A stretch of DNA of 62,976 nucleotides, counting the filler, from Lenisia limosa (Eukaryota; Protista; Breviatea), in the NCBI GenBank assembly GCA_001655205.1. It is 13 parts of 13 records of this genome, joined end to end, with 100 filler letters (N's around TTAATTAATTAA, not from the genome) between each part and the next. Parts side by side here need not be neighbours in the genome. Positions count along the whole stretch, not along the records: positions 37,241 to 39,826 come from LPNZ01003038.1; positions 39,927 to 43,629 come from LPNZ01010583.1; positions 43,730 to 45,688 come from LPNZ01002196.1; positions 45,789 to 51,274 come from LPNZ01010872.1; 9 more parts are not named here. One strand, 5' to 3'. Below, piece after piece: positions 37,241 through 49,547 of the stretch. Each line of letters starts with the position of its first letter. Within the stretch, counting starts at the first letter, position 1. Under the pieces are notes generated by a model that ran no database searches, had not been told where the DNA came from, and worked only from the letters and a program-made list of their open reading frames with translations. The translations under genes were made by a program, and so were the position numbers.

Positions 37241-39700
37241 GATGTCGTCGGCTGGGGGATGAGGGGGGGGGGTAAAATTGGACTATTTATGAATAAGAAA
37301 AAGCCCAAAATCAACTATGTTGGCTGACAACACACAAGGGGTGATAAAAATAAAACTAACAAAGCCCGGGCCAGTCGCATCTGCAGCACCGCATCCCATC
37401 ACTCGGGGAGTAAAATTGGACAATTTTCAAAATAAAAAAGCACAAAATCAAAATGTCAAGGGCTTAATTAGTCAGAGTTTTGGCACCCAAACCCACCTGT
37501 AGGAGGGGTGAAGGACGTGGCCAAGTTGCCATCAAAGATGGCCGAAGTGTCGGTACTGCCTTCAACATAGGCATATTCCGGGTTATTTACCTGAACGTAG
37601 CGTCACATGGATTGCGAATAGAAATGCCAGGGACCAGGGGTGGTCAAATGTCTATGTTTAGAAACAGATCCAACCCATACCGTTCGATTCCGCTGCTCCA
37701 GCACAGTGAAACACGCGAAAGTGGCTGGCATTGCAATGACACTGCTTTCGTCGAGGTTTACAACGACATGGATCGGGTTGGTGGTGTAACAGGTCGGAAT
37801 GGAGAGGACGGTCACAGACTCATGGGTAGACGGGTGCTCTAGTGATATTGTAACGGTCTAGAGGGTCAATGGAGAAAGTATCCGGACAAAAAAGTAGGGC
37901 TCCGTGCAAATAATTTTTGAGGAAATTAATTGACAGAATTTAAAATTTAAGTTTCTGAAATGGTGTCCCCATGACAATAGGTCTCACCTGAAATTGTGCA
38001 ATTATTTTTTCGAATAATTGCACGGAGCCCTTCCCTGGAATGATACCCCATAACCATATTCCCCTCCCCCATTAGAGCTTCACTTCGGATCAAAAAGACA
38101 TAATTTCTCATAAATCCTCGAAAACTATCGATATTCTCCTGGTTTTTTCGAACCAAAGTGAAGCCTTACCAATCATAGCTATGAACCCCCCCTTCCCACG
38201 TAATCTGAGGCATTATACCCGGCGGCGGTGACGTTGGGAGCCGGAACTTCGAGAGATGTTGACGCGTTGAAGTAGCGCGTAACGTTGATTGGCGCGTTCG
38301 TGTAGCATGGTATGNNNNNNNNNNNNNNNNNNNNNNNNNNNNNNNNNNNNNNNNNNNNNNNNNNNNNNNNNNNNGCATATGTAGGGCAGACAGGTATGGT
38401 AGTACCAAACACCAACCTTGGTAGTATGATGTTGGTATCGGAGTTGAGTGCCACAGCTAGAGTACTGTTGACTGGCTGGTAGCAAATAACGTCCGTCTAG
38501 GGAGGGTGGTCAATCGGATAATGTATGAAACAAAAAAAAAATATGTGATAAACACGACAAATAAAATAAAAAAGTGGAGACATCAATACCCCTCCACCTG
38601 CGGAGGCAAGACGGGTTCATCTTCGGTCCCAGCAGCCACGTCATAAGTCTCAGTTGAGAACACATCGACAAGACTACGGAGCCAATGCAGAGCCACACCA
38701 GGCAGTTTGAAGTCAGTTTCGTCGTTACTGCATTCCGAGAGGGGGTCACATGTGTCGTTGGCACAAGCACGATTGATGAACTCACACTGGTTGATGACGG
38801 GCGCCTCGAATCCCTTTATGGTAAGTCGCGGTTTCCTTTCTTAGGAAGTGGTTTCCTTTTATGGCAAGTGGGTGGTATATTCACACGATTTCCCCCCAAA
38901 AAATGAATTCATTTGAGATTGATTCAATCTGCATTGATTGTTCAAAGCGAATGATGGAGCTTATGCCCTATAATATTCAGCGCTTTGAATGTAAAATAAA
39001 TAACAGAGTATAACCCCCCAGCCACCGCATAACATCCACACGAGTAGTCACCTGGAGTATTGGTACAGGCTTGGTGGCAATCGGCGAAGTTTACCAAACA
39101 CTCGTCAATGTCAACTGGTATTGTTAGGTAGGGAGTAAACTCTATCTGTTTCCCCCCGCAAATTTTTGATTGCTTTTTGGATTATTCGCTTCTTGAGTAG
39201 TACATTTAATCCAAATCTTTATCAAAGAGTGTCCATTTCTACCCCCCCCCCCNNNNNNNNNNNNNNNNNNNNNNNNNNNNNNNNNNNNNNNNNNNNNNNN
39301 NNNNNNNNNNNNNNNNNNNNNNNNNNNNNNNNNNNNNNNNNNNNNNNGCCCCAGGATGGTAATTTGTTAATGGTATCCCTATGTATTTATTTGTTTCCCT
39401 AGATTTTTAATTTATACAGTATGTTCAAAAAAAAAGAACAGCTTATGAGTTCAATCGTTGAGAATTTTTTTGTTCGCTTCTGTTCTGTGTTTCCTTTCTC
39501 TTTGTTCCACTTTCACCCCTGGATTTCTAATGTAGTATATGATATAATATTTCTCTTGTTCGAACAACTCCCCCCCTCCCCACTGCATTTACTCGGGTCG
39601 TCAGGATCAGTAACAAAGCCGTCCCTGCACTGGCACTCGTAGCTACCCATAGTGTTGTTGCAGATGTGCTGACAGAGGTCGCTCGATCCATAGAGACCGG
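37241..39700 (-). CDS. Extracellular protein with calcium-binding EGF-like domains (partial, multi-exon)
   Basis: Exons encode DLCQHICNNTMGSYECQCRDGFVTDPDDPSKC (~39700-39585), DIDECLVNFADCHQACTNTPGDYSCGC (~39110-39030), INQCEFINRACANDTCDPLSEC (~38800) and SAIFDGNLATSF (~37540). Confidence 0.8.
37252..37455 (-). repeat. Intron-3'-end repeat, one full unit plus tail of a preceding unit
   Basis: gagtgatgggatgcggtgctgcagatgcgactggcccgggctttg...tgtgttgtcagccaacatagttgattttgggc...ccaattttacccccccccctcatcccccAG, with acceptor at 37253-37252. Confidence 0.85.
38073..38168. mobile_element. Degenerate copy of the ~100-bp hAT-like MITE
   Basis: tagagcttcacttcggatc...ttcgaaccaaagtgaagcctta; same TIRs as 41554-41654, TSD not intact. 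Confidence 0.7.
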
Positions 39701-39960
39701 CTACGGCAGGTGTGATATTTATGAAACAAAAACGAGACCAAAATTGGGGGTGGAGGGCCCTATGCATGATGAAAACCTATCACTCTAGATGGCAGAGACT
39801 ACTATATCCTCACATCTTCAGAATAANNNNNNNNNNNNNNNNNNNNNNNNNNNNNNNNNNNNNNNNNNNNTTAATTAATTAANNNNNNNNNNNNNNNNNN
39901 NNNNNNNNNNNNNNNNNNNNNNNNNNCCCCCCCCCCCCCCCCCCAAACCGTGCGATACAG

Positions 39961-41532
39961 CCCGACAGATACGACGAACTATCTCGGGAGTTCGATGCAG
40001 CGTCCCAGCCTATTCCAAGTTAATTTGCTATTGAATGTAGAGGGTTCCCATTGAATGTTGAGGGTCAATGTAATGATAATTTGGGTGAGGGATAGTATAA
40101 GACACTTGTTCTATTTTCAAATACCCCCCCCCCCCCCCCCNNNNNNNNNNNNNNNNNNNNNNNNNNNNNNNNNNNNNNNNNNNNNNNNNNNNNNNNNGTT
40201 CACGTTTTGACGTAGTGTTGGCCCATTAAAAGTGCCTACCTCAGCGCGTGGGAATATTTCAAGACTGTAATGAATGATGAGATAAGAGCGTATAGTTTTG
40301 TAATAAATCGATATGCAAATGAAACAGTAAATTCTGCTTCAAAAAGTTAATTGTAGCAGTATATGGCTAGAATGATCCTGAATAAAAGAGGATTAAGCCT
40401 TGGGTATTCAACACTTTATATATAGTAATGAGAATAAAAAAAATCAAGGTTGTAAACAGCCGAAGCCATCCACACCATCACCCAATCATTTGCCAAACAA
40501 TTCTGTGCTCACTGTTTTCTGGGTGCCTCCCCAGGAATAATTAATACCGAAGGTATCTTTATTTGTTTCCCTAGATTTCTAATGTATATTATTTCTCTGG
40601 TTCAAAAAATATGGATATCTTGTTATACTTTCCTTTAGAACGAGTAATAAGATATTCAATTTCAAGTTCAAAAAACGTCTGTCAAGGGTTCCATTCTTCC
40701 TTTCTTTTCTCTGATGTTACGGAAAGAGCACAATAAATATAGGTATTAAAAGTAAAATCATAAATATGAGACTGTGCGAATTAAATAACGCTTGGAGCTG
40801 GGAAAGTATGTACATAAATGCCATCTAATGTAGATTGTGAATTCTTGATCGCTCTTGAAACTCATTGGCCTCTCTGTTGAAAACCTTGTGATAACGTAAT
40901 CAGCAATGCAACCTCCTACGATCGATCGCGAATTGCCTTGCTTGATGTGGCTAATGTAAGTGTGGGCAGGCCGAAATTACATGCGATGCTGCAATAAAGT
41001 AGGATTGTCAGTTCTGCCAGCTGTCTCCCCAGGTTTATCACAGAGTGCTAGAAAGTGAGAATGAGGGCTGTCATCTTGAGTTTCCTAAAAACAGCCAAAT
41101 GACTCTGAAATGAAACGAAGCGTAATCATTTGAGTGGTTGTGGAGAGGGTNNNNNNNNNNNNNNNNNNNNNNNNNNNNNNNNNNNNNNNNNNNNNNNNNN
41201 NNNNNNNNNNNNNNNNNNNNNNNNNNNNNNNNNNNNNNNNNNNNNNNNNNNNNNNNNNNNNNNNNNNNNNNNNNNNNNNNNNNNNNNNNNNNNNNNNNNN
41301 NNNNNNNNNNNNNNNNNNNNNNNNNNNNNNNNNNNNNNNNNNNNNNNNNNNNNNNNNNNNNNNNNNNNNNNNNNNNNGGTTAAAAACCGATTTAGCTGCA
41401 AAAGTGTATCGCTTTTATCCAAGATATGGAACAAGAAATATTGAACAACATACGCACGGGAAATACTACGGTCATGCTTGGGGTTATTTCTTTATAAGAT
41501 TGGTGGTTGTGGGAGTAGGGGATGCTCTTGAA
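39961..41532 (+). CDS. Hypothetical multi-microexon gene fragment
   Basis: AG/GT-bounded small exons: PDRYDELSREFDAASQPIP, CWPIKSAYLSAWEYFKT, NATSYDRSRIALLDVAN|VYHRVLE, LVVVGVGDALE. The last has a weak VWA-strand flavour only. Confidence 0.35.
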
Positions 41533-41553
41533 GTAAAAAGTGAAAGTGACACA

Positions 41554-41654
41554 TAGGGCTTCACTTCGGTTCGAGAAAAATACCGTGGAAATATCGATAG
41601 TTTTCCAGAATTTTCGAGAAATACAGTCATTTTTCGAACCGAAGTGAAGCTCTA
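41554..41654. mobile_element. 101-bp hAT-superfamily-like MITE with 8-bp target-site duplication
   Basis: TIRs tagggcttcacttcggttcga / tcgaaccgaagtgaagctcta (one mismatch in 21 bp), flanked on both sides by gtgacaca (41546-41553 and 41655-41662). An 8-bp TSD and TAG-starting TIRs are typical of hAT elements. Confidence 0.88.
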
Positions 41655-42774
41655 GTGACACATTGGATATCGAAAGTTGACATACTGGATTACCCCCCCC
41701 CCCCATACTGAAGAGTCAAGAAGAGGTGGCTCTATGTACATAACGCAGCGCACTCCTAAATTCGAGTTAACATAGCAAGAAAATTGGGATGCTAAATGGG
41801 AAGAAGAATAGCTCAGATATTTCGAAGTGACGAAGATCATGTTAAAACCAGAATAATATTTGGATGATCAAAGGGGAAAGTAAAACTGTTTTATGGTATG
41901 TGATATTTCTGTTTTCATAAGAATTTACAACTCTCCATTTTATTCTTACTCACCACGGGGTACAAAAGCCATAGCAGGAGTGTCGGTACTGGGTGGAGCG
42001 GCCATGTTCAAACTTGCGTAGGACGTTGGGGGGAGGGCAGGGACAGCTGTTGTAATGGCCAGGATTACTGCTGTGGGCTGGAGGGATAACATCAAAAACA
42101 AAAAAATAATGAAACAAAAAAAAAAAATCGGNNNNNNNNNNNNNNNNNNNNNNNNNNNNNNNNNNNNNNNNNNNNNNNNNNNNNNNNNNNNNNNNNNNNN
42201 NNNNNNNNNNNNNNNNNNNNNNNNNNNNNNNNNNNNNNNNNNNNNNNNNNNNTGCAATGGTAGTGAGGGGGAGGGGGGAGTAACACTTTTGCTTATACAT
42301 AATAAACTAGGGCTACGTGTAATTAATTGTAATTTTTTTTTTCAAAATTTGAAGAGGTATGGTAACGAAAACTCCATATCAGACACTTTATTTTCAATTT
42401 TGTCAATTATTATCTTCGAAAAATGAGTTCTTAAATTAACACATCTATACCCCCCCCCCCACANNNNNNNNNNNNNNNNNNNNNNNNNNNNNNNNNNNNN
42501 NNNNNNNNNNNNNNNNNNNNNNNNNNNNNNNNNNNNNNNNNNNNNNNNNNNNNNNNNNNNNNNNNNNNNNNNNNNNNNNNNNNNNNNNNNNNNNNNNNNN
42601 NNNNNNNNNNNNNNNNNNNNNNNNNNNNNNNNNNNNNNNNNNNNNNNTTGTTAAGTCTAAGGTAATGTGATTCTGGGGCAACATTGACACGGCAGACTGC
42701 ACTGAAGGGCTGGAAAGAGGGTTAATGATGATTGTGCTGCTGAGGTAGTCAATTGTTGTTGTTAGTGAGGATTG

Positions 42775-42778
<4 letters not shown>

Positions 42779-42809
<31 letters not shown>

Positions 42810-42890
42810 TTGTTGTTGTTGTGGTTTTAATGATGAGGTTGTTGTTGATAATGATGATGATGATGATGATAATGGTGATTATGGTGATAA
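42779..42890 (+). repeat. Compound (GAT)n/(GTT)n microsatellite
   Basis: About ten GAT units followed by GTT units and degenerate GAT/GGT triplets. Confidence 0.9.
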
Positions 42891-43136
42891 TAAAACGTTG
42901 TGGATGCAGAACAGTAACATTTATTAAAACAGTCCCCCCCCCCCCCNNNNNNNNNNNNNNNNNNNNNNNNNNNNNNNNNNNNNNNNNNNNNNNNNNNNNN
43001 NNNNNNNNNNNNNNNNNNNNNNNNNNNNNNNNGTCTTCTGAATTGTGAGTAAAAACCCTTAGAGGTTGCTGAATTGATTAATTCAACACTATAAAGACAA
43101 ACAGTGTGATCAAATTACGTACACCCCTCCTAGGAC

Positions 43137-43233
43137 TATGGGCTTCACTTCAGTTCAAATAAAGACTGAATTTCTCGAAAAATCTTCCAAACCTATCAAC
43201 TATTTTACAGGTCTTTTTCGGAACGAGTGAAAC
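43137..43233. mobile_element. Degenerate copy of the hAT-like MITE
   Basis: gggcttcacttcagttcaaataaagactgaatttctcg...ctttttcggaacgagtgaaactct. Confidence 0.6.
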
Positions 43234-43729
43234 TCTCTATTGGCCCTCTCCCCAACCTTTAAAATCAAGATCATGAGAAGCAGCGGAGGATTGAAGGGAA
43301 CTAAACTGCGTGGGTAGACCAGGAATTTCTGCGGGAAGGGGCCAGGTTAATTTATTAGATAATTTGAATTAATATAGTACATAATATATCAAAAATATAG
43401 AGATGAAAAATCCAACAAGGTTATATCACGAAGCATAAAAGAGATCTTTATAGTAATATTAATTTATCCAATTATTTTTCTTATAACATATATTTACATA
43501 TGGCGTTCTGTGTATCCTCAGCTATATCAATAAAGCGAATACCTTCGATTTTGCGAGAATTGACTGCAGATGCTATGTCGGATACTGTTGAGCTTGGTCC
43601 GAGCTGGAGTGTAAGCAATAATCTTCAGANNNNNNNNNNNNNNNNNNNNNNNNNNNNNNNNNNNNNNNNNNNNTTAATTAATTAANNNNNNNNNNNNNNN
43701 NNNNNNNNNNNNNNNNNNNNNNNNNNNNN

Positions 43730-45688
43730 TTGAGACTACGGCTGTGAAACTCTCCAAATCGGGTAACGCGGCAGGAGAGGCTTTCGATAAAGTGGGGGGA
43801 TATGATTAGCAAAACAAGACCTGAAGGATCGGGTTCACTTGAGACAAGACTAGATCTTAAAATACAGCAATATCGAAATTATTCTAGAAATTCCCAAATA
43901 ATCCGGTCTTTTTTTAGACCGTTTTGAAACTCTTGACAAATTCACCCCTCAGGTGTTCTACACCGACATTATGAACCTGCTTGAAGTGAGGGAGGAGGCC
44001 TTTTGGCATATGAGGTTGGCTAGAGGATTGTTTACGTTTTATCTTGGGGATCTACGCTTTTTCAAACTTAGCGCTGCTCGAATGCTCATTTGTTCATGCC
44101 TCTTCATTTACCTCCCCCCTTACTTCTATAGACATAAGCCCACTCCCATTCGCTTCAATGACTTGATCAAGGGCACCAACGGGATCCATGTAGAATGGGT
44201 TGGTTGGATGTGTTGATGAGCGTTGATGAGCGTTGATCACTATATACTCTATTGATCTCCTATATAATATGATATAGTACATATTATCAGAATATATTTT
44301 GATATGGTATGTGCAAGATAATAAGTTTCAATACTGCCGTTTTCTCGTTTCTGTATCTGGAGAGCAACCAGAAGGAGAAAAGAATTTTATTGAAAATCCA
44401 GTTTTTTATTGGAACGGAAATTAGACCTGTCCTATTTGGGTTCCTTCAAAGTCAAAGGGTGCAGGGAGGTCTAACATTTAATGTACAGAATTGACTCACT
44501 TCCTCCAAATTTTTCCAACGAGATTGAGAAAGCAGTGGTGGTGGCTATTGACTCAACACCACACAGCACACAGTTGAACCTCCACTATACGCCGATGCTG
44601 AACAGCGACTTTAAAGGTTCGAATCTAATATGATAAACGTTGGTGGTGGTAGTACTCTTCTTACTGGCAGAGCTGGTGATGAAGGTCAACAGGGGACCCA
44701 TACTCTGTGAGAGTGCCATAAAGGCAATGTTCCTTCCCGGTGCCAACCGTGCTCAACTCCGTTGGGATTGCCTTCATTTTCCAATTGAAGGACTTCATCG
44801 GTTGGCAACCAACTAATTTGAGGGACCCTCAAAAATCACCATTCATTGAACACTCCAAGAAAGGAAGACGAAGAGAAATAACAACACACGTGGATCAATT
44901 GCGCTTGGAATTGCTGTGATGTTTGGGTTGCGCCTATAAGCCCATAGTTTGGAGCTTTTTAGTAGTTAAACAACTTATCCCACTAGAAGCCCCGAATCTG
45001 TAGTACTTAAAAAGCGGGTTTGCCCCCCTGTTTATACACCATTGTCTGCCAAGTTGAGAACCACTTTGGAAAATGATTCATTCTGTAGTTTTACGTTGGA
45101 ACTTGGTAATGGAATGGAGGGCAAAAAATAGCGCGAAAACTGACGAGGGCCTTCTTTAGGTTTGGTAAAAAATCAGGGCTAGGACCTTGAAGAATGCCTC
45201 GACCTGTTGTGTTAGTTAGTTAAGGGGGGGGGGTCAAAAAAGTGTTTCAATTATGAAGTCTAAGAAAGGGAGGTGCTCTTCACGACCAAGTAAATGACCG
45301 TCTACGATCACATACCGGGCCAGAGGTCCGAGAAGAGGCCTTGTTGGAAATAGTTAACAACATTATCGATCTCCTCATCGGAAGCAGCCGTGTCGTGCTT
45401 CTGGCCTGTGTTGCGTACCTTCACAAGTCAGTAAAACATTCTTGGCCGCCACACGATACTACACTAATCATAAATGTATATCATATGATAATCTTCATTT
45501 TACGCAACGACCCATCCTGTTAGATGCTGCAGAAACAACCGGACAGGCCTTCGTTTGTTTTGCTGTTTTCAACCATTCGGGTGTTTCGTAAATGTTTAGC
45601 CAGCAGAGTTGATTTTGTACTGTTTGTCACCCACTACCAGGACAAAGAAGGTCATAGCAGGGACCTCAGGAGACTGTCCAATGAAGAA
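43730..45688 (+). CDS. Hypothetical multi-exon gene fragment
   Basis: AG/GT-bounded exons VFYTDIMNLLE, HKPTPIRFNDLIKGTNGIH, LNLHYTPMLNSDFK|ELVMKVNRGPILCESAIK and VNNIIDLLIGSSRVVLLACVAYLHK|TKKVIAGTSGDCPMK; product not recognised. Confidence 0.45.
45523..45640 (+). repeat. Intron-3'-end repeat, diverged copy
   Basis: gatgctgcagaaacaaccggacaggcc...ttagccagcagagttgattttgtactgtttgtcacccactaccAG, with acceptor at 45639-45640. Confidence 0.65.
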
Positions 45689-46206
45689 NNNNNNNNNNNN
45701 NNNNNNNNNNNNNNNNNNNNNNNNNNNNNNNNTTAATTAATTAANNNNNNNNNNNNNNNNNNNNNNNNNNNNNNNNNNNNNNNNNNNNCAAAAAAACAAT
45801 TTCAGTTAAAAAATCGGGTAAAATCGGGTTTAGTGTCGGTAGCATATGATTGGCTCTTATTGTCAGTTTTCACATTTTCACAGATTTGAAAGAGCATTAG
45901 TATGTCATCACGGAAAAGGCATTCATGCGATACATCTATAGTCATTATCAGCGTTTGTGTAAGAGAAGGTAACCATCGGCAGAGAGTTCTTCATTCCATC
46001 GTAAAAGGGACATATTAAAAAAAAAAAAAAAAANNNNNNNNNNNNNNNNNNNNNNNNNNNNNNNNNNNNNNNNNNNNNNNNNNNNNNNNNNNNNNNNNNN
46101 NNNNNNNNNNNNNNNNNNNNNNNNNNNNNNNNNNNNNNNNNNNNNNNNNNNNNNNNNGAGTCAAGAAGAAGAATTTTGGAAGAGTTAGTTTTGAAAGGAC
46201 AAAGGC

Positions 46207-49200
46207 ATGGGCTCTCGTGTTGCGGCATTTTTGCTGCTCATCATTGCTCTGGTCAACTTTACATTGAGTGCCACCTCCACCTCCGCTGACGCCCCTCATG
46301 TAAGAGTGGTGCTAAAGGAAGGTACAAGCGTATGGGTTGAGGGGTGAAAGGGTTAGTCTCCTTTCTTTCAAAAAGGAGTTTCCCACTGCTTAGTGATATT
46401 CCTCGACCCCCTTACCCCCTTAATCCTTCTTTTATGGGTCTCTTTACCGTTCTCCTCCTCTCAATTCACTTGTCTCATTATCATTACCCTCTTGTCTCAC
46501 CTGCTCCTCAGGTCACTGTGTCGGGGTTCAGTGCTGGAGGGTTTTTCAGCCAACAACTCCACATTGCATACTCCAGGTTAGCATGGTGCTCTTACCTGGC
46601 AGAAATGTGTCCGTTATTTGGCGAATTCTGTGATTGATTTTGTGATTTACCTTCCAAATGAAGGTTCCCTTACAAAAAACAAAACCATTTCAATAACTCA
46701 CCCACACCCACACACACACACACACACTTGTTTTTTTAAGTTGATCTTTGTTGCTCTCTTTCTTGCACTTAGTTCAACTCAAAAAAACTCCTTTATCACA
46801 CCAATCCTTGTTAGTTAGTGAACCAATACTAATATCATATGATACTGAAGTACCAATTTCTGACCGCTCTAGTGTCATCAAAGGCTCGGCGGTTCTTGCT
46901 GGTGGCCCCTATGGCTGCAGTCAAGGCGACTTCTCTATCAACGGTTTAATGAAGTAGGTAACTTCTTGGCTTGGGGGTGGGNNNNNNNNNNNNNNNNNNN
47001 NNNNNNNNNNNNNNNNNNNNGGTCTTGGATAAGCATTATGTTGCACTTTGATTAATATTGAACAATCCGGTTTCTGCCTTATTCAGGGGAATTCAAAAAA
47101 CACAGCGAAAGAAAAAGTAACCGAACAGATGCTCAGCAACCTTCAATGTTGATGTCGACTTACCCCACCTTGTCGACATTGTTCATGTAAATGAGAAAGC
47201 TGGTCTCATTGATGATCTCAAGAACCTTGACGTGAGAACTTGGGACAATTAAAAATTCATCAACCGAAGCCTTCTTACCATATTGTAGGGCAGTAAAGCT
47301 TTCTTCATGAGAGGAACCCTGGATGAAAAAGTGTTCTATAATAGCACCTTTGCTGTAAGAGGGAACTGTTCGGTCCTCTACACAAGCCGTATGTGAAACA
47401 GCTTTTTCCCTCCTGTGAATTACATGGAGAATGGAAGAGCGAAATACTCTATATAGCGACGATTTACAGATTAAATAATATTTGTAGGCCTCGGAGATGT
47501 TCAAACGACTGGGTGCACAAGTTGACACAAAGACCGTTTTTGACATAGGAGCAGCAGTGGGAGGATTGAAATTTGAGTGAACATCAAAAGAGGGGTACAC
47601 GACCTGTGTCGATGTTTGATATTTAGATATCTCCTTCCAGCGACTCTTTTTTTTTATGTATTTCTTCGTATTAAAGGGCAGCATGATTTAGGAAATGTTT
47701 TTATCCTTGAAATGAGAACCAACCCTCTCAGCATACTCTCTCCACCGATGACTTTGGGATCGAGTGTGGAGACTATGCTGCGCCTTGGATAGCAAACTGC
47801 CATTTTGATGCTCTTGGTGGGGGGGGGGGNNNNNNNNNNNNNNNNNNNNNNNNNNNNNNNNNNNNNNNNNNNNNNNNNNNNNNNNNNNNNNNNNNNNNNN
47901 NNNNNTATAATGAGCTAGAACGAGTAATCGCAACTATTGTTTTTTTATGGCTTCCTCATATTATGAAACAACAAAAATTGGGGAGGGGGCAAAGGTACAC
48001 ATCCATGCTGTTCTTCCAGCTTTTTGGTGACTATTCGGTTTACATAAACATGCTGAGTATATTTTTTATCTTAACCAACCCATTTGGCTTGTTATTTCCT
48101 TGTCACCATACATAGGGGAAGGATTAGCGCATCTGGGGCTCACCATCAATCCCAAGGTCCCTTATGTCAAGGAAAATGTTTGTTTGAATGAAGGGTAGCC
48201 CTCTTTAGTGTTGGATAAACTGCTGTGGTATTATTGAAGGTCTTCGTTTAAATGATTGGATCTATATGGCGAATGATTGAGTAACTGCTTTTTTAATTGT
48301 CCTGCTGGGGGTGAGGAGGCAAATGAAGGCAACATTAACATTGCAGCTTCAAGAATATAACCAGGAAGACTTTGGGCCGTCACCATTCAAAGAAGGAGAC
48401 TTAAACGGGGTTGCATACGCCTACATCCCTTCGCAGTGTCAGGACGACCCTTCTGGTGGGACTCTTGGCAATATACATAAATAGTATATGGATATATTTG
48501 GCATGCTCTGCCAGTATCTAAGATTTATCTTTTTGATTCCTTGGACCTCTTAGATCTGGACTTATTACTGTAGCTTGTCCGTTGCACTTCCATTTCCACG
48601 GATGTGGGCAGGACGTTGATGAACTCGGCGACGTATACGTTAAGCACAATGGTGGGGTATGACAGGTATATTTCGACACGACATTTTGCGTTTGTTTCTC
48701 ATATTAATTCTCTACCATGCTTCGTTTACCCCCGAAGGACTTCTTCAACATTCGGAGTCTTCAGGATTTGTTTTGATTCTGCCACAATCACGACCCACTC
48801 CTGTGCTGATGCACGGCAAAATTGGCTGCTTTGACTTGTTGGTGATATAATACATTACATGTAATATATACAGCACTATATGTATTGTCGTATATACATA
48901 TGATATACATTTATATATGATATAGTATATAATATATATATCATAGAGAGATGAGAAATGGAACAAGGTTGTATCTGGCTGAAGCCGTCCACACAATCAC
49001 GCTTATAAGAGAAATTGGATTATGAACAATACGATCTTAATCCACTCAATCATTTGCCTTACAACTCTGTGCATATAGCTTTCCGCGTGTCTCCCCAATA
49101 TGATATCATTTTGAACCTTTTAATGGAATACTATGGCAAACGGGCCTAATCTAAGTTCTTCCTTTTACTAACACCATTTTAATCTTACAGCTTGGGGTAT

Positions 49201-49287
49201 TCTGGCCAAGAATATTTGACACAATTTGGACGGCAAATGTCAAACATCATGGAAATCATCAAGTTCTTTTCGACATCCAAACTCTGA
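46207..49287 (+). CDS. Secreted poly(3-hydroxybutyrate) depolymerase-like alpha/beta hydrolase, complete, about 12 exons
   Basis: Signal peptide MGSRVAAFLLLIIALVNFTLSA. Lipase box VTVSGFSAGG (Ser 46530), AGGPYGCSQG, GTLDEKV (Asp 47322), GAA|HTLSTDDFGIEC (His 47732), YAYIPSQC, CPLHFHFHGC, LILPQ, GCFD, GYSGQEYLTQFGRQM. The junctions I checked splice in phase; stop at 49285-49287. Confidence 0.9.
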
Positions 49288-49547
49288 ACTATTTTGCCCA
49301 AGTATTAATGTATTCATTCAATCCTCAGTGGCTACTACAGGTCTTATCATGTGAATGTTACCACCAGCAAGGAGCGAGGTCATGAATGATGGATTATTTG
49401 ATAATGTTGCGTTGAAGGACCCAAAAACAAAATCAAAACTCTTGGCGTTGGTGTTATCCGGGTGATTTGATAGTGAATGAAGTGATTACAAATAAAAATA
49501 CATCATACAGCATGTACATCTAGTCTGGTTTTACAAAATCTCAGTTG

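Noticed and set aside
33060-39826. Apparent adhesion cluster or HGT island (bacterial adhesin next to cbEGF gene)
   Set aside because: The genes are on different contigs separated by artificial spacers, so adjacency has no biological meaning.
41946-43629. Possible minus-strand exons (e.g. GHYNSCPCPPPNVLRKFEHGRSTQYRHSCYGFCTP)
   Set aside because: Fragments are separated by large N gaps and no product is recognisable; too weak to call.
47160-47684. 174-aa minus-strand ORF as a possible inserted element
   Set aside because: It is the antisense of depolymerase exons 4-6, which contain the catalytic Asp and splice in phase.
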